A stretch of 64,000 nucleotides of DNA, taken from the NCBI GenBank assembly GCA_965263335.1, contig CBDHHE010000009.1:28645-92644 (forward strand), in the 5' to 3' direction. This stretch comes from Thermohalobaculum sp. (GTDB taxonomy: Bacteria > Pseudomonadota > Alphaproteobacteria > Rhodobacterales > Rhodobacteraceae). The position numbers were made by a program, and so were the translations under genes. The notes under the pieces are model-generated. The model had not been told where the DNA came from and searched no databases. It saw only the letters and a list, made by a program, of their open reading frames with translations. This document shows, in pieces, positions 38,330 through 48,555 of the stretch (positions are counted from its first letter, which is position 1; every line of letters starts with the position of its first letter).

Positions 38330-40381
38330 TCAGAGGCCCAAGGCGCGTTTGCGTTCTTCGGCAAAGCCCTGCACCAGCCGGTCGGCCACAAGCGCGAGGA
38401 TCGCCATCGCCGCGCCAGCGGTGATGCCCAGCCCGACATCAGCCTTGCCAAGCGCCAGATAGATCGACTGGCCCAGGCCCGTTGTCCCGATCAGCGCTGC
38501 GATCACCAGCATGGCGAAGGCATAGAGGATCGTCTGGTTCAGCCCGAGCAGGATGGTGGGCACGGCATAGGGCGCGCGCACCTCCACCATCGTCTGCCAG
38601 GGTGTCGCCCCGGATGTTGTCGCGGCGTCCAGCAGCTCTTGCGGTGTCGTCGAGAGCCCGTGTTGCGTGTAGCGGATCATCGGCACGATGGCGTAGGCGC
38701 AGATTGCCAGAAAGGCCGAGAACTCTCCGATCTGGAAGAACATCAGCACCGGGATCAGGAATACAAAGAGTGGGATGGTCTGGAGCATGTCGCAGATCGG
38801 TCGGACCATGCGCCACGCCATTGGGCTGACCGCGCACAAAAGCCCGATGGCCATGCCGATCACGGCGCAGAAGAACACGGATATCCCCACCAGATAGAGC
38901 GAAAGCAGCGCCCTGTCCCATAGCCCCGAGATCAGGATCGCGCCCAGCATCAGCAGCACGAAAATCACCATGCTGCGCCCGCCTGACATCCAGCCCAGGG
39001 TCGCCGCACCGGCCAGCACGAAGAGCCAGGGCAGTTCAGAGATCCCCGTTTCGGTGATGATGGTGAAGCAAAGCAGCAGCCCACCGGCCAACAGATGCCC
39101 CCGCCAGACCAGACCGGCGGCCACGGCGATGGTGATGCCAAAGAGCCAGAGGCTCATGCTGCCTGTCCACTGGAAGCCCCATGTGAAGGCAAGCACCGCG
39201 TTGTCGAGCCCGATCCGAAGCGGCAGGAACAGATAGAACATGATCGCGTTCTTGAACGCATCCAGCGCCGCGCCATGCGTGGCCGTGAAGGCACCAAGGC
39301 TGGTGTCGACCCATGCCGCAACGGGGGCAAACAGGTCGAAATCCTCCGCACCCGGCAGGCTCTGCCACATCGCCAGCGCAAGAAGCGCCGTGATCCCCAG
39401 AATGGCGTAGACCCCGCGCAGATCGAAGCGTTTGCGGGTCCGCGCCATTTGCGCGCTCATCCTGTCGATGACCATCGCGAAGACAACGATCACAAGCCCC
39501 GCAAGCAGGCTTTGCCCGAACTGCGCCTTGCGCATGGTCAGCAGGACTTCCCATCCGATATCGTTAAAGCCGCCGATCACCGCCGCAATGATCACCATCG
39601 ACAGCGCCGCCATGAGGCTTTGATTGACGCCCACCATGATCTGGGTCGTGGCCGATGGCAGTTCGACCAGAAAGAGCTGTTGCAGACGCGTGCCCCCGCT
39701 CATGACCGCGGCTTCCTTGATGTCATGATCGACCCGTTCGAGCCCGAGCAAGACATTCCGCGCCATCGGCGGTGCGGCATAGATGGCAGAGGCAATCAGG
39801 CCGACCACAGGTCCGAAGCCAAACAGCAGAAGCAGTGGTGTCAGATAAGCGAAGGTCGGCACGGTCTGCATGACGTCGAGCACCGTCAGCAGCGCGCTGC
39901 GGACCTTGGGGGATTCGTAAGCCATAATGCCAATGGCCCCACCGCCCAGAACCGCGAGCGGAACCGACACTGCAACAAGGGCCAGCGTGTTCATGCTTTC
40001 GACCCAGTAGCCCGATGCGAGCACCAGCGACAGACCGACAAGTCCCAGAAGCGCCATGCGCAGGCCGCCAATGTACCACCCGATGGCGGTCACAATGCCG
40101 ATGGTGATCGGCCACGGGGTCGAGACCAGCGCCATGTTCGCCCAATACATCGGGTATTCCATCAGGAAGGAGAACCCGCGTGCCACGGGTTTGATCGCCT
40201 CAAGCAGCCACGTCAGGCTGGTGCCGATCCAGTCGCTGACCGGGAGCTGAAGCGCGGCTGGCCATGTGAAGAGCCATGGCGACACCGGTTCGAGCACAAG
40301 GCAAACCAGGCCCACCAGCGCGGTCAGGCACGCCAGCGCCCCGGCAGGGTTGCGCAGAAGATATTGGCGGAGGGCGCTCAT
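38330..40381 (-). CDS. Glycine betaine/proline-type ABC permease with duplicated ProW domains
   Basis: Two copies of the ProW core: DVMQTVPTFAYL..GVNQ and DMLQTIPLFVFL..GLNQ. Confidence 0.9.
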   Translation of the reverse strand: MSALRQYLLRNPAGALACLTALVGLVCLVLEPVSPWLFTWPAALQLPVSDWIGTSLTWLLEAIKPVARGFSFLMEYPMYWANMALVSTPWPITIGIVTAIGWYIGGLRMALLGLVGLSLVLASGYWVESMNTLALVAVSVPLAVLGGGAIGIMAYESPKVRSALLTVLDVMQTVPTFAYLTPLLLLFGFGPVVGLIASAIYAAPPMARNVLLGLERVDHDIKEAAVMSGGTRLQQLFLVELPSATTQIMVGVNQSLMAALSMVIIAAVIGGFNDIGWEVLLTMRKAQFGQSLLAGLVIVVFAMVIDRMSAQMARTRKRFDLRGVYAILGITALLALAMWQSLPGAEDFDLFAPVAAWVDTSLGAFTATHGAALDAFKNAIMFYLFLPLRIGLDNAVLAFTWGFQWTGSMSLWLFGITIAVAAGLVWRGHLLAGGLLLCFTIITETGISELPWLFVLAGAATLGWMSGGRSMVIFVLLMLGAILISGLWDRALLSLYLVGISVFFCAVIGMAIGLLCAVSPMAWRMVRPICDMLQTIPLFVFLIPVLMFFQIGEFSAFLAICAYAIVPMIRYTQHGLSTTPQELLDAATTSGATPWQTMVEVRAPYAVPTILLGLNQTILYAFAMLVIAALIGTTGLGQSIYLALGKADVGLGITAGAAMAILALVADRLVQGFAEERKRALGL

Positions 40382-41442
40382 TTGGCTTCGACCTGCAACG
40401 AGGCCGCAGCCAGATCGCTTGGGTAGACGGCGCCCACCAGATTGCCCGCGGCGTCGCGCACCGGGACGGCGGCATAGAGATCCATGCAGGAGGCCAGCGC
40501 CGCTTCGAGCGTCATGTCGGTGCGCAGACCCGGGTCATCCGTCATCTCGGCAGGCACATCCGTTCCCGTTTTCATGACCGAGGCTACGCGCGCATGGCGA
40601 CCGGTTGCGACGTCCTTCGAAAATTCGGCGACATAGTCGTTGACCGGGTTCAGCACAATCTCGGCCGGTGTGCCGATCTGGACGATCTCGCCGTCCTTCA
40701 TGATGGCGATACGGTCTGCAAGCTTCAGGGCTTCGGTGATGTCATGAGTGATAAAAACGATGGATTTCTTCAGCGTCGCCTGAATGTTCAGAAACTCGTC
40801 CTGGAGTTGGCGGCGGATCAACGGATCGAGTGCTGAAAACGGCTCATCCAGAAACCAGATCTCGGGGTTCACGGCGAGCGACCGGGCAATGCCGACGCGC
40901 TGTTTCTGCCCGCCGGACAGCTCGCGCGGGAAGGCGTCTTCGCGCCCCTCCAGCCCCACAAGTTTCACGACGTCGAAGGCACGCGCCAGCCGCTCGGACC
41001 GGCTCTTGCCCTGCATTTTCAGCGGAAACGCCACGTTTTCGGCGACCGTCATATGCGGAAACAGGCCAAAGTGCTGAAACACCATGCCCAGCTTGTGGCG
41101 GCGCAATTCGATCATGCGCTTTTTCGACGCCTTGAGGATATCTTCGCCATTCAGGGCGATTTCCCCTGCCGTTGCTTCGAGCAGGCAGGAGATGGCGCGG
41201 ATCAGGGTGGACTTGCCCGAACCGGAGAGCCCCATGATCACGAACAACTCGCCTTCGGCCACATCGAACGTGGCGTCCTGCACCGCCGGTATCAAACCTT
41301 CGGCGCGCAGATGATCAGCGGCCCCCCGGGAGGAGCCGCCAGTTTGTTCCAATGCCTGCGACAAACGGTGTTGGGCATTGTCGCCAAACACCTGCCAGAC
41401 GCCCCTGCAGGAGATTGCAGGAGCCGGGGACCTGTCGTTCAT
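40378..41442 (-). CDS. Betaine-type ABC ATP-binding protein (ProV-like)
   Basis: IMGLSGSGKST, LSGGQKQRVG, DEPFSALDPLIRRQLQDE motifs and a CBS-like tail. Confidence 0.93.
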   Translation of the reverse strand: MNDRSPAPAISCRGVWQVFGDNAQHRLSQALEQTGGSSRGAADHLRAEGLIPAVQDATFDVAEGELFVIMGLSGSGKSTLIRAISCLLEATAGEIALNGEDILKASKKRMIELRRHKLGMVFQHFGLFPHMTVAENVAFPLKMQGKSRSERLARAFDVVKLVGLEGREDAFPRELSGGQKQRVGIARSLAVNPEIWFLDEPFSALDPLIRRQLQDEFLNIQATLKKSIVFITHDITEALKLADRIAIMKDGEIVQIGTPAEIVLNPVNDYVAEFSKDVATGRHARVASVMKTGTDVPAEMTDDPGLRTDMTLEAALASCMDLYAAVPVRDAAGNLVGAVYPSDLAAASLQVEAK

Positions 41443-41454
41443 GGCCGGAAACCC

Positions 41455-42405
41455 TTAGTTGGTTGCCGCGTCAACAACCGGTTTCCACTTGGCTTCATTG
41501 TCGGCCATCCATGCCGCGACAACCTCTTCGACCGCGCCGCCATCGACGTCAATGGCACCCATCATCGGCTGCTGGTCCGCAACATCGAGCGTGTAGTTCG
41601 ACAGGATCTCAAAAGCTGCTGGCCATTTCTCTTCCATACCAGCCCAGCCTGCCTTGAAGATGCGGGTGGCCGAGAAGTCGCAGTCATGCGTGGCATTCGG
41701 GTTCGCGCCCCATGCCGGATCGCTGAAGCACGCGTCGTTCCCGACAGGCAGATCCACGAATTTCACGTCATAGGCCGACATCGCCCAATGCGGTTGCCAG
41801 AAGACGATCAGAAGCGGGGATTTCTTTTCGGTCGATGCACGCAGTTCGGTGATCAGCGCCCCTTCCGACCCCGCAGGCACAGCCTTGAACGGCAGATCGA
41901 AGCCGGTCATGCGGTCCGCGCCGGGCGTTCCCCAGTCAGCGGGATAGTCGACGAGACGCCCGTTCGGAATGGTCTCAGCGGTGGCGAATGCCATGGCGCA
42001 GTCCTGCAACGCTTCCCACGCCGGAAGGCCCGGGCACAGCTCTGCCACATGCGCGGGGTAGGCAATGCCTTCCTTTGCATCAAGCTCAAGATCGCCAAGC
42101 TCGACAACGGTGCCCGCTTCGACCTTCTTGGCATAGTCTTCGGACACGTTGGACGACCAGATCTCCATCGCGCCGTGAATTTCGCCATCGGCCATGGCCT
42201 GGTACATGTTCATGTAGCCCGCCGTCACGTATTCCACCTGATAGCCTGCGGCTTCCAGCATGGCCCCCGCGACATGGGTGGACACATGTTGCCCGGTCCA
42301 TTCGTTGACAGCCAGCTTGATCGGCTCGTCAACGGCACCCAGATCGGCGGCCCATGTGGCGGTCGATGCAAGGCCAGCGGCCAAGGTTGTGGTCAGAAGT
42401 TTCAT
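41455..42405 (-). CDS. Betaine-family ABC substrate-binding protein
   Basis: Signal peptide from MKLLTTT, NEWTGQ, EIWSSN and FWQPHW motifs. Confidence 0.88.
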   Translation of the reverse strand: MKLLTTTLAAGLASTATWAADLGAVDEPIKLAVNEWTGQHVSTHVAGAMLEAAGYQVEYVTAGYMNMYQAMADGEIHGAMEIWSSNVSEDYAKKVEAGTVVELGDLELDAKEGIAYPAHVAELCPGLPAWEALQDCAMAFATAETIPNGRLVDYPADWGTPGADRMTGFDLPFKAVPAGSEGALITELRASTEKKSPLLIVFWQPHWAMSAYDVKFVDLPVGNDACFSDPAWGANPNATHDCDFSATRIFKAGWAGMEEKWPAAFEILSNYTLDVADQQPMMGAIDVDGGAVEEVVAAWMADNEAKWKPVVDAATN

Positions 42406-42557
42406 TTTTCGTCTCCCTGAGTTTCTGTTTTTCTGCATTGTAAAGTTCCGTTGTAAAAAATAAACGAACAAATTATACAAGCCCTATTCTCTATGCTGTC
42501 ACTGACGCTGCGCTAAGCAAAGCACGGCAGGACTAAAAGGGACTTTGGGGAGGGAAA

Positions 42558-43976
42558 ATGCAAACCAAAATGCTGATCAACGGCGCGCTTGTTGAAGGAA
42601 ACGGGGACGCGCTGCCGGTTTTGGACCCATCAACAGGCGAAACTGTCGCGCAGGTTCGCGAAGCCACCCCGGAGCAGATCGAGGCGGCTGCGGTCGCAGC
42701 CCATGACGCATTCGAGACCTACCGATTTTCCACACCGGCTGAGCGCGCCGGGCATCTGCTCGCTATTGCTGATGTTCTGGAAGCGAACATCGAAGAGTTG
42801 AGCGAGCTTGAGACCCTGGATGTTGGCAAGCCCTGGCCAATGGCCCGCGATGAAGAAATGCCGCTGACCATCGACACGTTCCGCTTCATGGCGGGTGCGG
42901 CGCGGACACAATCCGGCTCGGCAACGGGCGAATACGTGGCCGACCACACCTCGATGATCCGCAAAGACCCCATCGGCCCGGTGGCATCCATCGCGCCGTG
43001 GAACTATCCGCTGATGATGGCAGCCTGGAAGATCTCGGCCCCGCTTGCGGCGGGATGCACCATGGTCCTGAAACCGTCCGAGATCACGCCGCTTGCGACG
43101 TTGCGCCTTGCAGAACTGCTGGCGGATGTGCTGCCGAAGGGTGTTTTCAACGTGATCCACGGGCGCGGCGCGTCGGTGGGGGATGCGCTGATCAATGACC
43201 CACGGATGGAGGGCATTTCGATCACCGGCTCGCCGGCCACCGGCATGGCTGCGATGCGCGCGGCGTCAAACCAGATCCGGCATGTACACCTGGAACTGGG
43301 CGGCAAGGCCCCGGTCATCGCCTTTGACGACTGCGATGTGGATGCGCTGGCCGAGACCGTCAGGTACGGCAGCTTCTTCAACGCGGGCCAGGATTGCGCC
43401 CAGCCTTGCCGTCTGCTTGTGCAGGATGGTGTCTATGACAAGGTCGCGGCGGCGGTGTCGGAACAGGTCGGTCAGGTCAAGATCGGCGCGCCCAAGGCTG
43501 AGGGCACCGAAATGGGACCCATCGTCTCGGCAGTGCAGCGCGAACGTGTTGCGGGCTTTGTGGATCGTGCGCGAGGCGGCGCCGAAATCACCGTCGGCGG
43601 CGCGATCGGAGAAGGCAGTGGCTTTTTCTACCAACCCACGGTGATCGCAAATGTCGACAACAACGCCGAGATTGCCTGCAGCGAGGTGTTTGGCCCGGTG
43701 GTGACACTGTCGCGCTTCAAGGATGTCGACGACGCCTTGCGCATTGCCAATGCGAGCCCGTATGGCCTTGCCGCGTCGGTCTGGACCAAAGACCTGTCAA
43801 CCGCGATGCGTGCAACGGCGCAGCTGCGCTACGGCATGACCTGGGTCAATACCCATGGTGTTCCGACGGCCGAAATGCCTTGGGCCGCCATGAAAGGATC
43901 CGGCACCGGCTGCGACATGAGCGTTTACGCGCTGGATGCCTATACATCGGTGCGCCACGTCATGATCGCGCATTAG
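42558..43976 (+). CDS. patD: Gamma-aminobutyraldehyde dehydrogenase (YdcW/PatD-like ALDH)
   Basis: PWNYPLMMAAWK, LELGGKAP, NAGQDC, EVFGPV and SVRHVMIAH motifs. Confidence 0.85.
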   Translation: MQTKMLINGALVEGNGDALPVLDPSTGETVAQVREATPEQIEAAAVAAHDAFETYRFSTPAERAGHLLAIADVLEANIEELSELETLDVGKPWPMARDEEMPLTIDTFRFMAGAARTQSGSATGEYVADHTSMIRKDPIGPVASIAPWNYPLMMAAWKISAPLAAGCTMVLKPSEITPLATLRLAELLADVLPKGVFNVIHGRGASVGDALINDPRMEGISITGSPATGMAAMRAASNQIRHVHLELGGKAPVIAFDDCDVDALAETVRYGSFFNAGQDCAQPCRLLVQDGVYDKVAAAVSEQVGQVKIGAPKAEGTEMGPIVSAVQRERVAGFVDRARGGAEITVGGAIGEGSGFFYQPTVIANVDNNAEIACSEVFGPVVTLSRFKDVDDALRIANASPYGLAASVWTKDLSTAMRATAQLRYGMTWVNTHGVPTAEMPWAAMKGSGTGCDMSVYALDAYTSVRHVMIAH

Positions 43977-43989
43977 TGCGGAGCGGGAC

Positions 43990-44610
43990 GTGCCCAACCA
44001 TCACAAGGCGCAGGCGCTTGAGACGACGGTTGATCGGGATGTGGTCGAGGCCACGCGGCTGGATCCGCGGCTGGGGGAAGAGATCAGGTCGCTTCGCAAG
44101 GCGCGCGGACTGACATTGGATGCTCTGGCACGGGCCACGCATCTGTCGGCCGGATTTCTCAGCCAGATCGAACGGGGTCAGAACCGCCCGTCGGTCAATG
44201 CGCTCTTCGACATTAGCCGCACGCTGGGTGTTTCGGTCGGCTGGTTCTTTGCGACCGAGGCGCAGGCAGGCGTGCAGCAAGGCCCCGTGGTGCGTCAGCG
44301 CCAGCGGCGCGTCATCTCGTTCGAGGATGGCATACGCGACGAATTGCTGACCCCCGGTTTGACGGGCAAGCTGGAGCTGCTGTCCTGCATCTTTCCACCC
44401 GGAAGCGGCGTTGACATGGAATTCGCCCATTCCGGCGAAGAAGCCGGGGTTGTCATTCGAGGGGCGCTCGAACTTTGGGTCGACGGCGTGAAGCACCATC
44501 TCGCGGAAGGCGACAGCTTCAGCTTTGACAGCAGCCTGCCCCACAAGTTTCGCAATCCGTCTGCACGCGAGGCCGAAGTGATTTGGGCGATCACGCCCCC
44601 GAGTTTCTGA
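43990..44610 (+). CDS. XRE-family regulator with cupin domain (PuuR-like)
   Basis: LSQIERGQNRPS HTH and HSGEEAG..HKFRN cupin motifs. Confidence 0.88.
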   Translation: MPNHHKAQALETTVDRDVVEATRLDPRLGEEIRSLRKARGLTLDALARATHLSAGFLSQIERGQNRPSVNALFDISRTLGVSVGWFFATEAQAGVQQGPVVRQRQRRVISFEDGIRDELLTPGLTGKLELLSCIFPPGSGVDMEFAHSGEEAGVVIRGALELWVDGVKHHLAEGDSFSFDSSLPHKFRNPSAREAEVIWAITPPSF

Positions 44611-44730
44611 GGTTGGCGCAGGGGCGGAACGGTCCCGTGAGCCTTGGGTCCGGATCATCTCTGGCAAAATTGCCAGCTTGAAGTGGACGGGCTCTTTGGC
44701 ACACTCTGCCCTGAAAGCAGGAGCATTGTG

Positions 44731-45867
44731 ATGACCAACTGGAAAGATCTTGAATTCGACACGGACACGATCATCGACGGGCTCAAGCCGTGGGTGGAAT
44801 GCGAAAGCCCGACATGGGATGCGGCGGCCGTGGATCGCATGATGGATCTGGCGGCGGTCAAATGTGCAGAGCTTGGCGCGCGTGTGGAACGCATTCCCGG
44901 CACGATGGGCTTGGGCGGATCGGTCAGGGCAAGTTTTCCCCACCCGAAGCAAGGTACACCGGGCATCATGATCACAGGGCACTTTGACACGGTGCATCCG
45001 ATTGGCACGTTGGCCGCCAATCCGTTTCGCCGTGAAGACGGGAAGGTGTTCGGACCGGGCATTCAGGACATGAAAGGCGGGAACTTCATCACGCTGGAAG
45101 CCATTCGGGCGCTGCAGGACGCGGGCATTGAAACGCCCCTGCCCATCGTCGCGCTCTTCACACCAGATGAAGAAATCGGGACGCCATCCACGCGAACACT
45201 GATCGAAACGGAAGCCAAACGGTCGAAATATGTGCTTTGCCCCGAGCCGTCACAAGACGGTAACGGCGTCACCACGGGGCGCTACGCGATCGCACGGTTC
45301 AATCTGACGGCCGAAGGCACACCGAGCCATGCAGGCTCAAATCTCAAGGCCGGAGTATCCGCAGTGCGCGAGCTTGCCCGGCGGATCATCGAGATCGAAG
45401 AAATGACGACCGATGACTGCACATTCTCTTGCAACAATATCGCGTCCGGACAATGGGTGAATTGCGTCCCGTCTTTTGCCCGCGCAGAATGTCTTTCGAT
45501 GGCGAAAAAGCAGGCCGATCTCGATGCAGGCGTTGAAAGAATGCTCGCACTGACAGAAGAGCGCAATGGCGTGACCTTCACGGTCACGCGCGGCGTGACC
45601 CGCCCTGTCTGGGAACCTGAATTGCCGGGGACCATGGCGCTGTATCAAAGGGCCAAGGAGATCTCTGAAGCCGTGGGCCTGGACATGCCCCATGCCAGCC
45701 AGGGCGGCGGGTCCGATGCCAATTTCACGGGCGCACTTGGCATCCCGAGCCTCTGTTCAGTCGGCGTCTTGGGCAACGGGCTTCATACCCTGAACGAACA
45801 TATCGAAGTGGACATGATTGTCCCGCGAACCCGGATCATGGCTGGGCTTCTATCGACCCTCGAGTAG
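44731..45867 (+). CDS. M20 family metallopeptidase/deacylase
   Basis: GHFDTVHP, GPGIQDMKGG, DEEIGT, GGGSDANF and HTLNE motifs. Confidence 0.9.
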   Translation: MTNWKDLEFDTDTIIDGLKPWVECESPTWDAAAVDRMMDLAAVKCAELGARVERIPGTMGLGGSVRASFPHPKQGTPGIMITGHFDTVHPIGTLAANPFRREDGKVFGPGIQDMKGGNFITLEAIRALQDAGIETPLPIVALFTPDEEIGTPSTRTLIETEAKRSKYVLCPEPSQDGNGVTTGRYAIARFNLTAEGTPSHAGSNLKAGVSAVRELARRIIEIEEMTTDDCTFSCNNIASGQWVNCVPSFARAECLSMAKKQADLDAGVERMLALTEERNGVTFTVTRGVTRPVWEPELPGTMALYQRAKEISEAVGLDMPHASQGGGSDANFTGALGIPSLCSVGVLGNGLHTLNEHIEVDMIVPRTRIMAGLLSTLE

Positions 45868-46002
45868 CGCGGCAGCCAAAGGTCCGTCCGTTCCATCGGA
45901 GCTTCCGGCGACAGTGGCGCGAACAACACCGATCCCATCCATTGGTGGCTGCGCAAATTATTGATAGCATGCCCCGAAACCGCGCGGGTCGAAGGAAATG
46001 TC

Positions 46003-47235
46003 ATGAAGCTGTCGGACAAGGAAACAGCAATGCAGGCCGGCGAATTCGGCGCGGCGTGCAAATGGGCCATTGAACATCAGCTGCAGGTCGGCCGGATGTT
46101 TGATGCCGCAGACATGGTCGCGGTGAGCCAGGCGCATATGATGGCGGATCCGGAAAGCCTGGGCGACGCCGGCGTGGCCTTTGTGGAGGATATCGCAAAG
46201 GGCGGCGCAAAGGTGGCCATTCCGATGATCACCGACCCGCGCGGCGTCGATCTGACCTATTACGATCCGCTTGGTCAGACCGAGGAGATGGCCAATCTGG
46301 AACGCCGGTTCATTGCAGCCTGTACGCGGATGGGCATCATGATGACCGACACCTGCATCAACTATCAGACGATCATGCCTCCGGTTCGCGGTGATCACGT
46401 GGCTTATGGCGATACGGGCGTGGTCATCTATTCGAACTCCGTCTGCGGCGCGCGGTCGAACTTTGAAGGCGGCCCCTCGGCACTGGCCGCCGGGTTGACA
46501 GGGCGTACCCCACGCTATGGGCTGCACCTCGACGAAAACCGCCTTGCAACCAAGCGGTTTGTGGTCACGCACCAACCCGAAGATCTCATGGATTGGGGTG
46601 TTCTGGGCGCTACGATCGGGCGCAAATCCGGCAGCTATTGGGAAGTCCCGGTCATCGAGGGGATCGACAAGGCCCCGACCTCGGATCAGATCAAGCACAT
46701 GGGTGCGGCGATGGCGAGCTATGGCTCAACGCCGCTTTTTCACATCGTTGGCATTACGCCGGAATGTCCGACCCTCGCCGATGTGGCAGGCCAACAGTTG
46801 GAACCGGTGACCATATCAGCCCAGGACATTGCAGAGCTTTCCGCACCCTTCGGCGCCAAGGGTGAAAACGTCGATGTGGTGGTCTTTGCCGCACCGCAAC
46901 TCAGTCTGGTCGAGATGGGTCAGGTCGCGGCGCTTTGCGCAGGCCGGAGACGGGCGGACACAACCGACCTGATTGTCTGCACGCCCGCGCAGGTCTACGT
47001 CGATGCCAAGCGGATGGGATACGTCGGTGCCATCGAGGAGTTTGGCGGCAAAGTGCTGACCGGCACATGCTTTTATCAGCAATACGCGCGAGAGATTGGT
47101 GAGGCCAACGGGTGGAAACGGCTCCTGAGCAATTCGGCCAAGATCGTGAATATCCTTGGGGGCTACGGCTACCTCCCCGCGCTGGCCAGCATGGAAGATT
47201 GCGTGGCATCAGCCGAGAAAGGAACGATTGTCTAA
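46003..47235 (+). CDS. Aconitase X catalytic (large) subunit
   Basis: DTCINYQ, YSNSVCGARSNFEGGPSALAAGLTGRTP, FHIVGITPE and NSAK motifs. Confidence 0.9.
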   Translation: MKLSDKETAMQAGEFGAACKWAIEHQLQVGRMFDAADMVAVSQAHMMADPESLGDAGVAFVEDIAKGGAKVAIPMITDPRGVDLTYYDPLGQTEEMANLERRFIAACTRMGIMMTDTCINYQTIMPPVRGDHVAYGDTGVVIYSNSVCGARSNFEGGPSALAAGLTGRTPRYGLHLDENRLATKRFVVTHQPEDLMDWGVLGATIGRKSGSYWEVPVIEGIDKAPTSDQIKHMGAAMASYGSTPLFHIVGITPECPTLADVAGQQLEPVTISAQDIAELSAPFGAKGENVDVVVFAAPQLSLVEMGQVAALCAGRRRADTTDLIVCTPAQVYVDAKRMGYVGAIEEFGGKVLTGTCFYQQYAREIGEANGWKRLLSNSAKIVNILGGYGYLPALASMEDCVASAEKGTIV

Positions 47236-47648
47236 TGGCGCAGATCCTGAAATGCCACGTGGGTATCGGCCCGAACGTGCGCGGCAAAGCCCTTGTCGCC
47301 GATGACAATTTTTCGGCCCGCTACGATCTTGACCGGATCAAAGGGGTGTTCTCGCGTCCCCAGCACAAACTGGCGGGGCAAAGTTACCGTGACGTGATCC
47401 TTGTGCTGAACACCGCCAAGGGGGGTGTCGCAACCGCGTGGATGCTGCATGAAATGACATCGCGTGGCATTGCGCCCAAGGCGATCTTGTTCAATTCGGC
47501 CAACACGATCCTCGCGCAAGGTGCCGCACTGGCAGGGATGGCAATGTGCGACCGTTTCGCTGACGGTGATGTCACCCAGTTGATCGCGACAGGCGACGAT
47601 GTCGAGGTTGACCCACAATCGGGAACGCTCACCATACATAACCGCTGA
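47235..47648 (+). CDS. Aconitase X swivel (small) subunit
   Basis: TAATG coupling. GKALVADD, KGGVAT and PKAILFNSANTILAQGA motifs. Confidence 0.88.
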   Translation: MAQILKCHVGIGPNVRGKALVADDNFSARYDLDRIKGVFSRPQHKLAGQSYRDVILVLNTAKGGVATAWMLHEMTSRGIAPKAILFNSANTILAQGAALAGMAMCDRFADGDVTQLIATGDDVEVDPQSGTLTIHNR

Positions 47649-48026
47649 TCGACTGATCAAAGTCTCATGCGGTTGCATTTGTGTGACCGCAGCACCCTGA
47701 GCGGAATAGAGGCAATCCGGACCACCAAGCGCGGCCAAATCCATCACAAACAAACCGGTGTCAACGGCGAGATCAGTTCAACCGTCAACTGTTTGCAGCC
47801 GCATGATCCAACGCACCCACACCAGCGCCATGTCAACCTTTGCCAATTGATGCAACAGCCCCTGTTTGATCCCTGATCGGGGCGGCTTGGACAGCTCAAT
47901 ACTGCTTCTGTTGCAGGGATTTCACACCTGCGCGACCCATGTATTCAACGCGCTCCAAACTCAATAGGGTGAAGCAGACACGACCCTGAAAATTCTGAAC
48001 CGGATGAAATTCACCTGAAGGATGGG

Positions 48027-48521
48027 ATGCGCGCCATGCCCACTGACGATATCTCTTTGCGCCAACAGATCGCGGATCTGCACCCACGGGTCTGGCGTTA
48101 TTGCTACGTCCTAACCGGGCAGCGGGACACGGCTTGGGATCTGTCTCAATCCGCCTGCGCTCGCGCGCTTGAGCAACTGAGCAAGTTCGATGCAGGGACG
48201 CGGCTTGATCGATGGCTCATGACGCTCACGCATCGGGTGTGGCTGAACCAATGCCGGGCGGAAAACGTCCGCGGGGGCCGACAGCACGTGAGCCTGGATA
48301 GCATTGATGTCGAGGACGCGCAGATGACGGCCGAGATGCACGTTTTCACCGGCCAGGTTCTGCGTGTTGTCATGACGCTCCCCGAGACCCATCGCATTGC
48401 AGTGCTGTTGGTCTATGTTGAAGGCTATTCCTACAATGAGGCGGCGGATATGCTCGGCGTCGCTATCGGGACGATCATGAGTCGCCTGTCCACGGCACGG
48501 GCCCTATCGCCAGCCAGATGA
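48027..48521 (+). CDS. ECF sigma-70 factor (C-terminus probably frameshifted; likely true end 48559)
   Basis: AWDLSQ, DRWLMTL..WLN and YSYNEAADMLGVAIGTIMSRL motifs. Confidence 0.88.
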   Translation: MRAMPTDDISLRQQIADLHPRVWRYCYVLTGQRDTAWDLSQSACARALEQLSKFDAGTRLDRWLMTLTHRVWLNQCRAENVRGGRQHVSLDSIDVEDAQMTAEMHVFTGQVLRVVMTLPETHRIAVLLVYVEGYSYNEAADMLGVAIGTIMSRLSTARALSPAR

Positions 48522-48555
48522 GTGAGGATGACATGCCGGAGGCATCAAGGCGCAA

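Noticed and set aside
41053-42420. Long antisense ORFs here and at 14393-15661, 26236-27486, 39095-40426, 55297-56586 and 62473-63708
   Set aside because: They are shadow ORFs opposite clearly identified genes, as expected with GC-biased codon usage.
47650-48020. sRNA or small gene in the AT-richer gap before the ECF sigma
   Set aside because: Only short ORFs and no clear stable structure. Probably a promoter region.
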